Positions 37,669 through 50,190 are shown, counted from the first letter of the stretch. The stretch: DNA of 64,000 nt from Takakia lepidozioides (GCA_030704615.1 CM060733.1:45198001-45262000), one strand, 5' to 3'. The notes: generated by a model not told the origin, from the sequence alone. A program made the numbers and translations.

Positions 37669-38920
37669 TACAGGCTCAAAGATTACGAGACACAGTAGAG
37701 CAAGAGAGAGAGAGCGAGACAGATAGAGCGAGGAAACAATGAAAAATGAAGAGCACTGGGGGGATTGTAATGCGCCCCCCAAAACCTAAATTAAAACAGC
37801 ATGTCATGACCATCCGATCTTACCCCAATCCAATCGAACGGCCAGAATTTTGCATCGAAACTTCATCCAAATCTCATTCATCTGTTGACGTTTCTGTACA
37901 CGAGTTTCCATCCAGAAGTTTCAGTCTATCCCTCGCTTTTTTGTTCCGTATGCCATTCAACATTGTGCATGTATAAATTTGGTTTACACTACACATGGAG
38001 TTGAATGCGCGCGTGCGAGACCGTGGGCCCTCCTCGCCTGAGCCCTGTGCCCACGCGCTGCTGGAGCCCGCCTGTCAAATCCCCACCCCCCGCCCCGCAC
38101 CCAGCCCGCCCCCCCGAGCCTTTGCTCCCATGGCATGTTGGTGTGTTGTTGGAGCATAGCAGCTTTGTCGAGATGATTGTCGTGTTGGGGCAACCAGAGG
38201 CACGATTTGTGAAGGCGCAAACAAATGTTGAACCACCAAGTACTGCTGTGAAGGGTCGTCTTCCAAGGAGTACAAACCCCGCCGCCAATGTTGTGCGGGT
38301 GTCTAGAGGGCCACCTGAGCTTACACTGTGCAATGCCAGTGGCCGAAAGAGGTCAAGAAGGTCGTTGCAGTGCGGATGTGTTTTGGTCAGTATAGTGTTT
38401 TCTCTGATACAGGGAGGGAGGGTGGAGGAGCAACCTCTTTCGCAGCGCGCCACAGTTGTTAGAAGAAATCCAAGGAAGCGAGTCATGACGACTGAGGTGA
38501 GAAACGCTAGAGCAGTTGAGCGGCAACACAGGGGTGGTGTCTTCGGGTAGGCTTGACGCAGTTAGGGCAGTATGCTAAAGATGGTTTGTCTCCGTCGTGT
38601 CATACTTCCAGAGCTGATAGAGAAGGGGCGGGTGGGAGAACTCCCATCTCCAGACAACCAAACTTGAAGATGTTGTGTTAAGAATCGTAAAATAGCAGCA
38701 ACTCGCAGCAGCGTAGAAGCCTGCTGGCGGTGCACTGAGAAACATGTCAAATATACAAAATTTGAAAGCAAACGAGCCTTACACAAGCAGGCGGGATAGC
38801 ATCCTAGAGACGGGGAACGATGGCCCTTGCAAGAAAGTGAGTGGCGAGTAGTCGTAGAGGGCAGAAACCTGGAAATCATCTTTAAAATACCTGAATGGTA
38901 GCTTGAAAGTTGCGCAAGAA

Positions 38921-38947
38921 GGTTTAGGGTTTAGGGTTTAGGATTTA
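38921..38947 (+). repeat. Interstitial telomeric repeat (TTTAGGG)n
   Basis: GGTTTAGGGTTTAGGGTTTAGGATTTA. Confidence 0.95.
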
Positions 38948-39445
38948 CAAAAGAGTGGAAACAAATACATGTAGCAGTGCAACAGAGTTCGAACCGTGAA
39001 TGCACCGGGTGCATTAGTAGCAAAGTGCAAACAAGTTTTTAGGGGGGGCCAGTTATGGACACCTTAGAAAACTTGTAGAAATATCTAGCTTGTGAAATAG
39101 AACTAAAAGAATCAATCCTGAGACATAGAAAACTAGAATAGAACAGAGTGGGAGTGATGTTGCAACGTTCTAAAGTGCAAATGCAAAGATATGCAAGAAG
39201 CAAGTGTGTGTGATGAAACTAATTTACTATAAGGACAGGAGAATAGTAACCTATAGACACACTAAAGTACAGTCTTAGAAAGAGATCTAACATGCAACAC
39301 TCGAAAAGGAGTTTAAAACATGCACTACAAAAGACACAAAGCAAATGAATGCAATGAGCTATGCAGAAGATCAAATCTAAGACTCAACAACAACAACAAC
39401 GTCAATGAGACAAAGAGACAAGAACACAAGATGCAGCAAAGCAAA

Positions 39446-39503
39446 TCTCTATAATCCCCAAACTAGTTTCGCTCAGCGCGTGAGCTTATCAAAGGGAAAG
39501 AGA
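39446..39503 (-). ncRNA. Degenerate minimal type I hammerhead ribozyme
   Basis: Minus strand: TTCCCT-TTGATAA-GCTCA CGCGC TGAGC-GAAAC-TA-GTT-TGGGGA; stem II and palindromic stem III intact, core mutated. Confidence 0.65.
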
Positions 39504-39587
39504 AGGAAAAGAGATACAAAGTGCACCCCTCACCCCGCTTATATACTGCGGAAAGTGAACTTGTCTCGGGGGGGGAGAGAAAATACC

Positions 39588-39765
39588 TAATGGATGGAAA
39601 ACATCCAAAATTGTCTTGGCTGGAGAGATCGTCCAACACGTGAAAACTTAGATGAAAAACATCCAAAGTTTTATCGGCAAGGGAGAAATATCCAACGCAT
39701 GAAACTCTAGATGAAAAACATCCTAATGTTCTGTCCAAAATGGATAAACATCCAAACTAGAAGCT
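39588..39765. repeat. ~59-bp tandem repeat (GATG(A/G)AAAACATCC core, ~3 copies) in the PLE 3' UTR
   Basis: Cores at ~39593, 39651, 39710, with a related half-unit TCCAAC between them. Confidence 0.7.
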
Positions 39766-40435
39766 AACTGCATGTCTCAAATACAACTAGCCTCTAGATT
39801 TGTAACATAGCACGAACTAGATAGGAACGCAAGTTTCGTGCCCTCTTCCAACATACCATAGGTCTGTCAAAGGACGCTAACTGCGGAACTTTCAAAAAGC
39901 CCGCATGAAGTTTAGAGTTTAGGACTCCCTCAAAGCTTAGAGCTTGAGTATAACGTGAATGCTCAAGTTTCAGAACCAAGGGGGCCCGCTTGCCCGTCAA
40001 CTTACGAGTGGACTCTGAAGTCAACAGTGTAGCATGTTGTGCATAGTCGCAAAGCACAAAACACTCCAAGATAAAATACTTTGGATAGCCTCGAGCACGC
40101 AGTCGCTCATAGAACAGTTGCCTGATCTCAGAAAAACCTACCCGTGTGCTCTCCCTCAAAGTGTAACGTCGTAATTCGCCACTGATGAATGCTTGTTTTT
40201 GGTGTCGTGGATGACACGAGGTCCATGGCAAATACTGGTATCTGTTGAGTGCCTTTTGATGACATCTCGAAGATAAAATCCCATGGTTGACAAAATCAAC
40301 TCCCTTGAAGAACTGAATATCAAGAATGTCAACCGTAGACTCAGAGATTACCCTTTGAATCCGAATTGTGGGACTAAAAGAGTTGTATCCATCGAGCCAA
40401 GCCTCCAAACTTTCCCGAGATCCTGCCCTCACAAG

Positions 40436-40456
40436 TTTAGGGTTTAGGGTTTAGGG
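40436..40456 (+). repeat. (TTTAGGG)3 inside the PLE RT catalytic motif
   Basis: Minus strand: YYKRY-(CCCTAAA)3-LVRAGS. Confidence 0.95.
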
Positions 40457-41961
40457 TATCTCTTGTAGTATAGAGGCCACATGCCTCCTCCAGCACCAGC
40501 CAACTCTCTTTCTAAGCTGCAAAGAAAGAGACAAGCATAAACAACAGCAAAGTTGCTACCCATTGCCGTGCCTCGGATTTGATGCCAATAGCTCGAGCCA
40601 AATTGAAGATAGTTATTCTCCAACACCATGCGAGAAAGACTCAGGACGAATCTTTCAAACCGAGGTGACTTGAACTTGCCGGCAATCATCTCCTTCAATC
40701 GTCAAAGCCCGTCCCCAGTATGAATGCTAGGATACAATGACTCCACATCAAAGGTGAACAAAAGCACGTCGCCAGGAAGTTGTCTATCCGACAAATCTTT
40801 CAACAAAGATATAGAATCTATCAAATGATTATCTTCCTCAAGCAGAATGGGAAACAGATGGTGATGCAACCACTTGGATGCGTGCTCAAAAATGTATCCG
40901 TTGTATGAACAAATCGGCCTCCCAACCACCACAGGCTTGTGCATTTTGGGCACGAGATAAAACATGCAGGGTCGGTAGCCCCCTTGGGGCTTCAACGCCA
41001 AAAAGTCCCTTGTCTGTCTGTCAATCAAACCAAACGAGAGAGCGGAAGCGAGCAATGCATCCAAACCATATGTGAGATTGTCAAATGGGATCTCTGCCAC
41101 GGATTCGTAAACTTGTCCGTCGTGGAGTTGGCGGTGTGCCTCATCCACATTCCAGTCCTTCCGCATGATCACCAACCCAAGATTTTTGTCTGCTGGCTTG
41201 ATGAGGATGGACTCATCTCTGCTCAGACAGCGTATCGTAGTCTTGAGGTGACCTCGAATAGACGACCTGTAGGCAGAGCGAGCACCTCCTTTAACTGAGT
41301 CTCTACAATGTTGCGACCCTCAATGATAATGCTTTCCAAAGCAAGAAGTCACACACACTGATCCCAAGAAGGTTGAGGAACTCTGAAAGGAGGAATGGGT
41401 CTATCCCTAGCATCCCTGAAGTGATATCGAAGACGTAAAGATCGAGCCAAAGAGTCATAAGCATCAAGAATAGAAGAGGGAGAAAGAGGAGTAGGATGTG
41501 GAATAAAACTCAAACCTAGGCCTAAAAGCTTCTTTTCAAAACAAGAGAGTGGACGATTGGCCATGTTGTGGATGGCCACGTTGGTTAACATGTTCTCTAC
41601 CTGAGAGACTCTCTTGCAAGAAAAAAAATAAAGCTTATAGCCCTCTACATCCCTCAACGGCCACCAGAAGAGCTTGCGAGCTCTCTTCGGCTTGGATCTG
41701 CCCATGTGACCTTCTTCTTGAGCTTCTGTGTTGGTTTTGCCCCGACTTTTGTTGTCCACAACCAGAACGGGTCTGAGAACGTAGGGCGGATTTGCTCGGA
41801 GAAGATGAACGCGATGCAGCGAAACGGGTGCGAGCAGTCCCATTCCGCTGTTGGCCATTTCCCTGCTGCTTTGAAAACTTTGCCTTGGAGGAAGTTACCT
41901 TGGCTTTGGCATTTGCTGAAGTGCCTCGGCCGGTAGGTTGAGTCTTGGAGACTCGTCGAGA

Positions 41962-42727
41962 GTTTAGGGTTTAGGGTTTAGGGTTTGGGTTTGGGGTTTA
42001 GGGTTTACAAAAGAGTGGAAACAAATACATGTAGCAGTGCAACAGAATTCGAACCGCGAATGCACCGGGTGCATTAGTAGCAAAGTGCAAACAAGTTTTT
42101 AGGGGGGAGCAGTTATGGACACCTTAGAAAACTTGTAGAAATATCTAGCCTGTGAAACAAAACTAAAAGAATCGATCCTGAGACATAGAAAACTAGAATA
42201 GAACAGAGTGGGAGTGATGTTGCAACGTTCTAAAGTGCAAATGCAAAGATATGCAAGAAGCAAGTGTGTGTGATTCACTGTAAGGACATGAGAATAGTAA
42301 CCTATCTCTAAGTAAGAGAATAGACACACTAAAGAACAGTCTTAGAAGGAGATCTAACATGCAACACTCGAAAAGGAGTTTAAAACATGCACTACAAAAG
42401 ACACAAAGCAAGTTTAGGGTTTACGGTTTACAAAAGAGTGAAAACAAATACATGTAGCAGTGTAACAAAGTTCGAACCGCGAATGCACCGGGTGCATTAG
42501 TAGCAAAGTGCAAACAAGTTTTTAGGGGGGGGCAGTTATGGACACCTTAGAAAACTTGTAGAAATATCTAGCCTGTGAAACAAAACTAAAAGAATCGATC
42601 TTGAGACACAGAATACTAGAATAGAACAGAGTGGGAGTGATGTTGCAACGTTCTAAAGTGCAAATGCAAAGATATGCAAGAAGCAAGTGTGTGTGATGAA
42701 ACTAATTCACTGTAAGGACAGGAGAAT
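41962..42727 (-). mobile_element. Two tandem PLE 3'-end units, each preceded by telomeric repeats
   Basis: Telomere tracts 41962-42007 and 42412-42430, each followed by CAAAAGAGTG(G/A)AAACAAATACATGTAGC... matching 38948 onward. Confidence 0.92.
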
Positions 42728-42729
42728 TG

Positions 42730-43140
42730 CTAACACTTTCTAGTCCACTTTTTACCCTCCCACACTTCACACAGTCACTTCAAGATCTCTCATTTTGCCA
42801 ATGTTAATACAAGGAGGGAGGTAGAAGGTGCTGTAGATTCTTGGGAGAGCGTTGCCACTTCTGCTGCTGATAGAGTCATGGAAGGAAACTAATTATCTGT
42901 GGTAGAGTAGTAAATTGGTGGACCCATGAGATCAAGTTCAAGATTGCTGAGAGGCAGGCGCTCTATAAGGACTGCTCTAATATCAAAGATGAAAAAATGC
43001 TCTGGTCTAGATACTACCAACTGCGTAAAGAGGTCAATCAGCTTGTAAGGGATCAGAAGAGGCTTTACTGGGAGAAGTTGTACAGTGACATAAACTTAAC
43101 CCACCATGGTCATGTTGACAAAAGATTCTGGTTGGCCTTA
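42730..43140 (+). mobile_element. LINE ORF2 fragment (APE-RT linker)
   Basis: WWTHEIKFKIAERQALYK...YYQLRKEVNQLVRDQKRLYWE...FW pattern. Confidence 0.6.
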
Positions 43141-43789
43141 CAGCCAATCATCATAACACCAACAATTGCACAACCAATACATGTACCCTACCTGGATCTT
43201 GGCAAGAACCACAACAGTGACAGCCAATGTATATAGACTAGGAAAACGTAACACACCGAAGAGAAAAGAAGACAAGAACGCAGAACACTTTAAACCTGCC
43301 CTCATCTGCCGCAATCTGACCAACCTTAAGAAAATAATAGTCCTTTAAGTCTGGAAAACTTGGACATTCAAAGAGCTAGCAAAACACATTTTAGCACGAA
43401 ACCCTAACAGCTCCGGAAGAATCTCGCCTACACGGTCCTAAAGCATACCTGCATGAGTATGTGGGCTCGTAGAACAACAGGTCATAGTCAAGCAAAGATT
43501 CTGAAGTCAAGGTGCCAAGAATCTACATAACCTGGGCCCACGGTAAGGTGTGGCTAACATGCAGTAATGAACTACAGTGTTGCGGTGCACACTTGCGACG
43601 ACAATATAATTATTGATTTGCATTGTCATTGGGTGTCTAGATCAGGGCAAGTATGAAAATAAAGTAACCCAACCTTCAAAGGCGTTAACCGCACGTCACT
43701 CCCCTAACACTAGCCAAAGCTAAGAAACAAACTAATCATGAAGAATCGTCCCTTTTCTTTCCACTATTGTTCAATTGTTGTTCTATCTT

Positions 43790-44119
43790 AAATCTGAGCA
43801 GATTCCATCCTATGGAATAAATAAATTATTTGCAAACCCTAAGCACTTGACCTTCTGTTCTTCGACTGCTTGCACTACTCGAACTCAAGACAAAAAAACA
43901 AAGAAAAGCAACAAAAGCAAGAGAGAAGGTATAGAAAAACATGATCAATCACAGACCATACTGAAATGCAGAGATTCCTTACAATCCAATCCAATCTTGA
44001 ATCTGAGAAGATTCCATCCTATGGAATAAATAAATTATTTGCAAACCTTAAGCACCTTTCATTGACTACTTAAACTACTCGAACTCAAGACAGAAAAACA
44101 AAGAAAAACAACAAAAGCA
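43790..44119. repeat. ~120-130-bp direct duplication at ~210-bp spacing
   Basis: AATCTGAG.AGATTCCATCCTATGGAATAAATAAATTATTTGCAAACC... at ~43791 and ~44001. Confidence 0.85.
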
Positions 44120-44850
44120 GGAAGACCCTGCTACCTGCTGTAGGGGCTACAAAAGCTTAAGAAGTATCCCCACAACAGCCAACCCATGTTGTTGAGTTGC
44201 ATCTATCATGTAGTGCACAACCAGAATTCCACATATAAATAACAAACAACCGTGTCTTTCAAAGGACCCTCCTCATATATTACTTGTTAACATGGATCTA
44301 TCGAATGAATAAACTACGTGTATCAACCGTACACAGGATCACACACGGGATTGGGAGAAGCTGTTGAAACCCCAAGTGCACAACGCAGCCAAGAAACCAA
44401 AAAAATTGCAAACACTTGACTCCAAGCTATGCATTGAACAAATCAGCAACTACAGCGGTTTCAACAATCAACTGCCCAATTGTCTTGCAAGAATTCAAAT
44501 GTGCCTGCCCATCATCAGAATTGCAGACATAAAAACAAACGGGCTCAGACTGCCCTAGGCAACCCATCGACATTCACCAGACTCTCTCCATGACACACTA
44601 TCTGACACCCTAGCTAATGGGTGAACATTGTCACAGAAGGTTCTGCACCTGACGAAGGAATAAGAAACTCAGACCGCCACAGGAAAACCTAAATTATCCC
44701 GATGACAAAACCCCGATGACAGGGAGAAGGGTTTACCACTGCCTTTACTTGTGTCTGTTGTTGAAGAAGCATCAACCTGCTTAAAGGTATAGTCTCCTGG
44801 GTCCAAGGAATCGCTCCCAAGCAGCAGAATTCCCTCTTGATCAAACAAAT

Positions 44851-45161
44851 CTACAAGTTTTCTAAGGTGTCCATAACTGGCCCCCCCTAAAAACTTGTTT
44901 GCACTTTGCTACTAATGCACCCGGTGCATTCGCGGTTCGAACTTTGTTGCACTCCTACATGTATTTGTCAAACAAATGTTGAACCACCAAGTACTGCTGT
45001 GAAGGGCCGTCTTCCGAGGAGTACAAACCCCGTCGTCAGTATTGTGCGGGTATCTAGAGGGCCACCCGAGCTTACACTGTGTAATGCCAGTGGCTGAAAG
45101 AGGTCAAGAAGGTCGTTGCAGTGCGGATGTGTTTAGGGTTTAGGGTTTACAAAAGAGTGGA
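44851..45161. mobile_element. Rearranged PLE piece: inverted 3' end + internal fragment + telomere repeats + short 3'-end stub
   Basis: 44851-44968 is the reverse complement of ~38961-39079; 44969-45130 matches 38218-38380; TTTAGGG tract at 45131-45149 then CAAAAGAGTGGA. Confidence 0.85.
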
Positions 45162-45164
45162 GGA

Positions 45165-47106
45165 GGCACACGAGCGGTACCCTTTGCCAAGGATCGACGA
45201 CCTCTTCGATCGGTTGGCAGGAGCGAAGTATTTCAGCCGAATCGACTTGCGCTCCGGTTATCATCAAATTCGGGTGGCGGAAGGAGATGAGGAGAAGACC
45301 GCGTGTAGGACAAGGTATGGTTCATATGAGTTCTTGGTGATGCCTTTTGGGCTCACCAATGCACCAGCAACATTTAGCACGCTGATGAACAACCTTTTTC
45401 AGGAGTGGTTGGATGACTTTGTGATCGTGTACATCAACGACATCTTAGTGTACTCGAAAACAAAGGAGGAGCACCTGGAGCACCTGAAAAGGGTGTTCCA
45501 AAAATTGTGAGAAGGGAAGTTGTATGCCAAAGCTTCAAAGTGCGAATTCGGGGTCACAAAAGTGGAGTTCCTGGGACATGTGATTACACAGGATGGGATC
45601 AGAATGGATGACAGGAAGGTGAGGGCAATCTTGGACTGGGAGCCTCCGACTTCGGTCCCGGGAGTGCGATCCTTCCTAGGACTCGCCTCCTATTACCGGA
45701 AGTATGTGAGAAATTTCGCCAAGATCGCGGGGCCGCTGTCAGACCTTCTGTGTAAATCCAAAGTCTGGGCATGGAACACCTTTTGTGGCCAAGCTTTTGC
45801 TGAATTGAAGCAGCGGATGGCGGAAGCTCCAGTCTTGAAAATCCCGGAGTTCGATCGTCCGTTCGAGATACATACAGATGCGTCGGACTTCGCGATTGGG
45901 GGTGTACTGATGCAAGATGGATGTCCAGTGGCTTACGAAAGTAAGAAACTGAATGAAGTGGAGCGACGGTGGCCGACGCACGAGAAAGAGATGAAGGCGG
46001 TGGTGCACTGTCTTGAGCTTTGGCGCCACTATGTTGGTTCCAACCCAGTGAAGGTGTTCACGGACAATGTCACGGTGAAGTATTTTGCCACGCAGCCCAA
46101 GTTGTCCCCAAAACAACTTAGGTGGCAGATACTTTGGCGGTGTTCGACGTGGATATCCAGTACAAACTGGGATGAGACAACGTGGTGGCCGATGCTTTAA
46201 GTAGAAAGCAGCAGCTCTTGTTGGTGTACAAGGGCGAGACGACGCTCCAAAGGAAGATCCGGAAGGCTTGCCGGAAGGATGAGCTGGCGAAGTCCGTGAT
46301 GCAGGACTTGAGGATGGGGGTTAAATCGCAGTTCCACTTGCAAAATGGACTGCTCCGGTATAAGCAAAAGCGTCTCTACGTGTCGAAGGGAGGGATCAGA
46401 GATAGCCTCTTGAGAGAATGCCATGATAGCCCGCTTGCGGGCCACGGCGGAGCCAAGCGCACTGCGGCACTCTTGAAGAAAGAGTATTTCTGGCCCAAAC
46501 TGAGGGAGGAGGCAGAGGAGTATGTCAAGACATGCACCACATGCCAACAAAACCGGAGCGAGTACAAAAAGCAAGTGGGGCTGTTACAACCCTTGCCGAT
46601 TCCAGAGGGGACTTGGGAAAGCGTCTCGATGGATTTCATGACTGCTATGCCGCTGTCAAAAGGATTCGATGCAATCATGGTGGTGGTGGATAGGTTCAGT
46701 AAAATGGGCCATTTCATCTCCACCAAGGAGACGGCAACGGCACAGGATACAGGGCGACTTTACTTCGGCCACGTCTTAAAGCATCATGGAGTCTCGAAGG
46801 ATTGTCTCGGACCGTGATCCAAAGTTTATGAGTAAATTTTGGAGGGCACTTTGGAAGAAGATGGGGACGAGGCTGAAGATGAGCACCGCCTTCCGACCTA
46901 CGACCGACGGCCAAACATAAAGAGTGAATTTTGTAGTGAAGCAGATCTTGCGGAATTACGTGTCGGCAGACCAAACAGACTGGGTGGAACACTTAGACGC
47001 GGCAGAGTTCTGTTATAATAACACAGAACACTCCGCAACGGGAGTTTCCCCTTTCGTATTGGTCTATGGAAAAGCACCTCTGGTGCCGACAAGTTGGGCC
47101 GCCTAG
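45165..47106 (+). mobile_element. pol: Ty3/gypsy pol (RT-RNase H-integrase), pseudogenised
   Basis: [38 protein letters not shown] zinc finger, SVSMDF, VSDRD; several stops and frameshifts. Confidence 0.93.
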
Positions 47107-47285
47107 GACGTTGAGGAACCGGCAGTAGCTCTCTTGAGCGATGCTTGCAAGCCCCGCAGGCTTACAAGAAATTACCCATAGCTTTCTGTGGCAACCATAC
47201 GTTTATGCTTTGTGCACTACAGGCATTTCTGCAGTTGTTACAGCCAAAACATTTCTGTGAGTCTAAAATAAAGAGAGTGAGAGGA

Positions 47286-49588
47286 ATGGAGGAAATCAGG
47301 GTGAAGAGCACCACAATTCTGCAGAAACAAACGATTGCTACCCCACAGGCGATACAGATACTGAAGGAGCTGAGATTGCAAGGATTGCAAAGCATAGATT
47401 GGACATTACACCATAGACAGTACATGTTACAATTTTTGCAGAACTTTGAGCCAAGGACAAGAACAACAATGGTGAAGGGAGTTGAATTAGCAATTACTCC
47501 CCTATACCTCCAGCAATTGTTTCGATTGCCAGCAGGTCAGGTGCATGTGGAGGAACACATGGCAAGACTGCAAATAGGGGACTTATTCCAAGAAGAGAGT
47601 TCTTTAAAACTCAGGGTTATGCTTGTACCAAGGCTGTGTACCCACGGCTAAAGGAGGTAGGCCAGGTATTGAACGTTCTGATTGCCATGAAACAGAACCA
47701 ACAGTATTTGAGCAGATCCTTCACGGAGGAAATACTCAAAGCCCTGAAAGGACAAGAGGTACAATGGGCGGACATAATGTACAACGCATTGGTGGAGGAG
47801 ATGAAAAGATTACAAGGTACTACCGCAAAGTCTCCTATCATAGTGTCTGGCCCAATCATTGCTCAAATAATTCTTGATTCTGGCATACTTGATGCGCAAG
47901 AAAGAAAGGAGATGGGAGTGTTTGAGCCAGAAACCACTGCAATGGAAGAGCAAGGCTCTTCACACAGTGAGGGTGGACTAGCAGGGCAACCCGAGACTAA
48001 GAGGCAGAGACGGGGAAAGATTGTAGTGGCGGATCCACTGGCTTCACGGATTCCGCATGATAATGTTTCCCAAGCTCATGTGCAGGAAGGGGCACAGCAG
48101 CACAGAGAAATGCTATTATTGGAAGCAGGACCTTCAGAGAGGGAGGAGGAAGTTACTTCAGTATCACAACCATCACAGCCAGCTGATCGGCTTGTCACAA
48201 GGTTACAAGATGTCCATGCAGCTCAACCAGAAATAATTGATTTGGAAAGAGAAGGGTTAGATATTCCAACTACAGAACAGATAGTGGCAGAAATTGAGAA
48301 GGGGGACCTCTTCTATGAATATTCTGGTCTGGTCAAGGAGACAGAGATTCCAGAGGTGCAACAGTTGCCCAAGGGAAATCCTGATGTGCATATAATACAC
48401 ACACCTGTGTCGGAGGTACCACAGGCAGCAGGTCATGACACTGTAGCACCGGTGATAGATGAAGTGGTTCAGGAAGAAAATCCGGTGGGACAATGGCCTG
48501 AGTGGTTCGTGAGACATCACACGGTTGAGGATCAGGAGGAACAGCAGCAACCTCACCATGATGACCCTCAACAGGCAATGCTGATGAGTTCCATAGGCAG
48601 GACACTTAATTTGTTGGGGACTTATGTCAAATCCCATGTTCCAACTACCCAATTGACAGCCTTGAGAGAGGAACTCAGGAAGGAGTTCGAGGCTCGACTA
48701 GCCACTGAGTGTGCAAACAAGGTCGATGAAGAGGTCACTCTCAAGATGCAGCATGACTTGGGAAATACAGAAGCGGCTTTGCAATTGGCCAAGGAACAAT
48801 TGATTGAGGCAGGCCTCGCGCAAGACCAGTTGCACGAAGCACATAAGCAACAGCTATACCAAATGCAGGTGCAGCATGAAAGCAAGTTGCAAGAAGTGAA
48901 TGCACTACATACGGAGTTGCAGACAGTGCATGACAGGATGGCGATACAATGTGCTACATTCACAACTATGCTTGACCAATCTACAAAAGAAATAAACAGT
49001 CAAGCGGAAAAATGTACGAAGGCAGAAGAAGAGAATGTTGAGCAAATGAAGCTCGTTGTTGATATGAAGAATACAATCTGTCGCAATGAGGATACTTTCA
49101 AGCAATACAGGCAGATTGAAGCTGATCAAGAGAAGCACATCGTGGAGTTGCAACAAACCATCATGGCCAATAGAAATGAAATCGCGGTCAATAACAAGGC
49201 TTGGAAGGAAGCCAATAATCTACTTGCTGCTTATGCGAATTTGGTTGAACCTCATGCGAAGCGCATGGAGGCTTTACAACAGCAGTTAGAAGTGTACAAG
49301 CTAAGAGAGGAGCAAACTCTCAGGGGAACCACAAGCAACTTGGTGGATAACCACCTTATGCAGGTCTGGTTAACACAAGGGCCAGTGGAGGGCAAAGTAC
49401 CACGAAAGCTCACCCAAAGCGAGATGAATGAGCTCAGATTGCAAGTGCAGAACATTACCACAACTACTATAGACAATGTCTATAGTAGAATAGCAGAGTT
49501 ACAGGAGGATGTAGACGGACTGCAGACTCAAGTGAAGACCTCACTGCAAATATCGACAAAAGAGTCTATATCCCTCAGGAACAGCTAA
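47286..49588 (+). pseudogene. Retrotransposon accessory ORF: plant-transposon-protein-like N-terminus plus long coiled coil
   Basis: FLQNF...VKGVELAITPLYLQQLFRLP and VQWADIMYNAL blocks; frameshift ~47600; E/Q/K/L heptad-rich C-terminal half. Confidence 0.55.
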
Positions 49589-50190
49589 TGGCTTCTTATT
49601 TACAAGCCAGAACTTTGGCTTTTCAGTCTTCACAGGAGGTGCAGGAGATGCCAATGATACAAGAGCCAGTACCACCAACACCACAACAAGTCACTGTACC
49701 AGTAGCTGAACCTGTTGTTACTACAACCACACCGCAGCCACCACAGCCTGAGGTATGGGGCAATGCTGCTTTTAACCCACCTAAAACTCCAGCTGCAAGG
49801 GAGTACAATAGGGCTATGATTATGCCCTTCAACCAAATTCCCATCATGTTGGATTTGGTTTGGAAAGAATTTAGTCCTCCGCAGTCATTCGCACATTACT
49901 ACCACATCATGCGCATTTGGCTGCCAGTGGCAACTAGGACTAAAGTTCTTCCGAACAATCGACCAATTGAGGATCATCACTTTGCACAGTACTGGCACGA
50001 GGCAGGTACCATGTTGAGGGAATTAATTGCTTTCCAGGTTGTACATGGACTCATTTATACCAAGACCAAGGAGGTAGCAAGTATTGTCATGGGATGCGGG
50101 TTATACTACGCTGCTTGTTTTCTGGTACGTTATCACATTGAACAACAAAAGATGCAAGCACGCTTTCTGAGCAGCGTAGCTACGGCGTGA
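49588..50190 (+). CDS. Second accessory ORF of unknown function, cut at the MULE end
   Basis: TAATG stop/start overlap with the previous ORF; ends where the GTGAGCC motif cluster begins. Confidence 0.45.
   Translation: MASYLQARTLAFQSSQEVQEMPMIQEPVPPTPQQVTVPVAEPVVTTTTPQPPQPEVWGNAAFNPPKTPAAREYNRAMIMPFNQIPIMLDLVWKEFSPPQSFAHYYHIMRIWLPVATRTKVLPNNRPIEDHHFAQYWHEAGTMLRELIAFQVVHGLIYTKTKEVASIVMGCGLYYAACFLVRYHIEQQKMQARFLSSVATA

Larger units (their letters stand above)
38948..41961 (-). mobile_element. Endonuclease-deficient Penelope-like retroelement, 5'-truncated and telomere-capped
   Basis: LLGLGLSFIP, KPADKNLG, FTFDVESLYPSI, QIRGTAMGSNFA, ILDIQF, YLPWTSCHP, RLRARGYP; ORF ends NLRSYLVRAMLQI* at 39794 with no GIY-YIG; TTTAGGG tracts at both ends. 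Confidence 0.9.

Noticed and set aside
39794-41600. Telomerase (TERT) gene
   Set aside because: Motifs (ADKN, GTAMG, HP, L..RGYP) and repeated 3' ends are PLE-type; no TERT T motif or exon structure.
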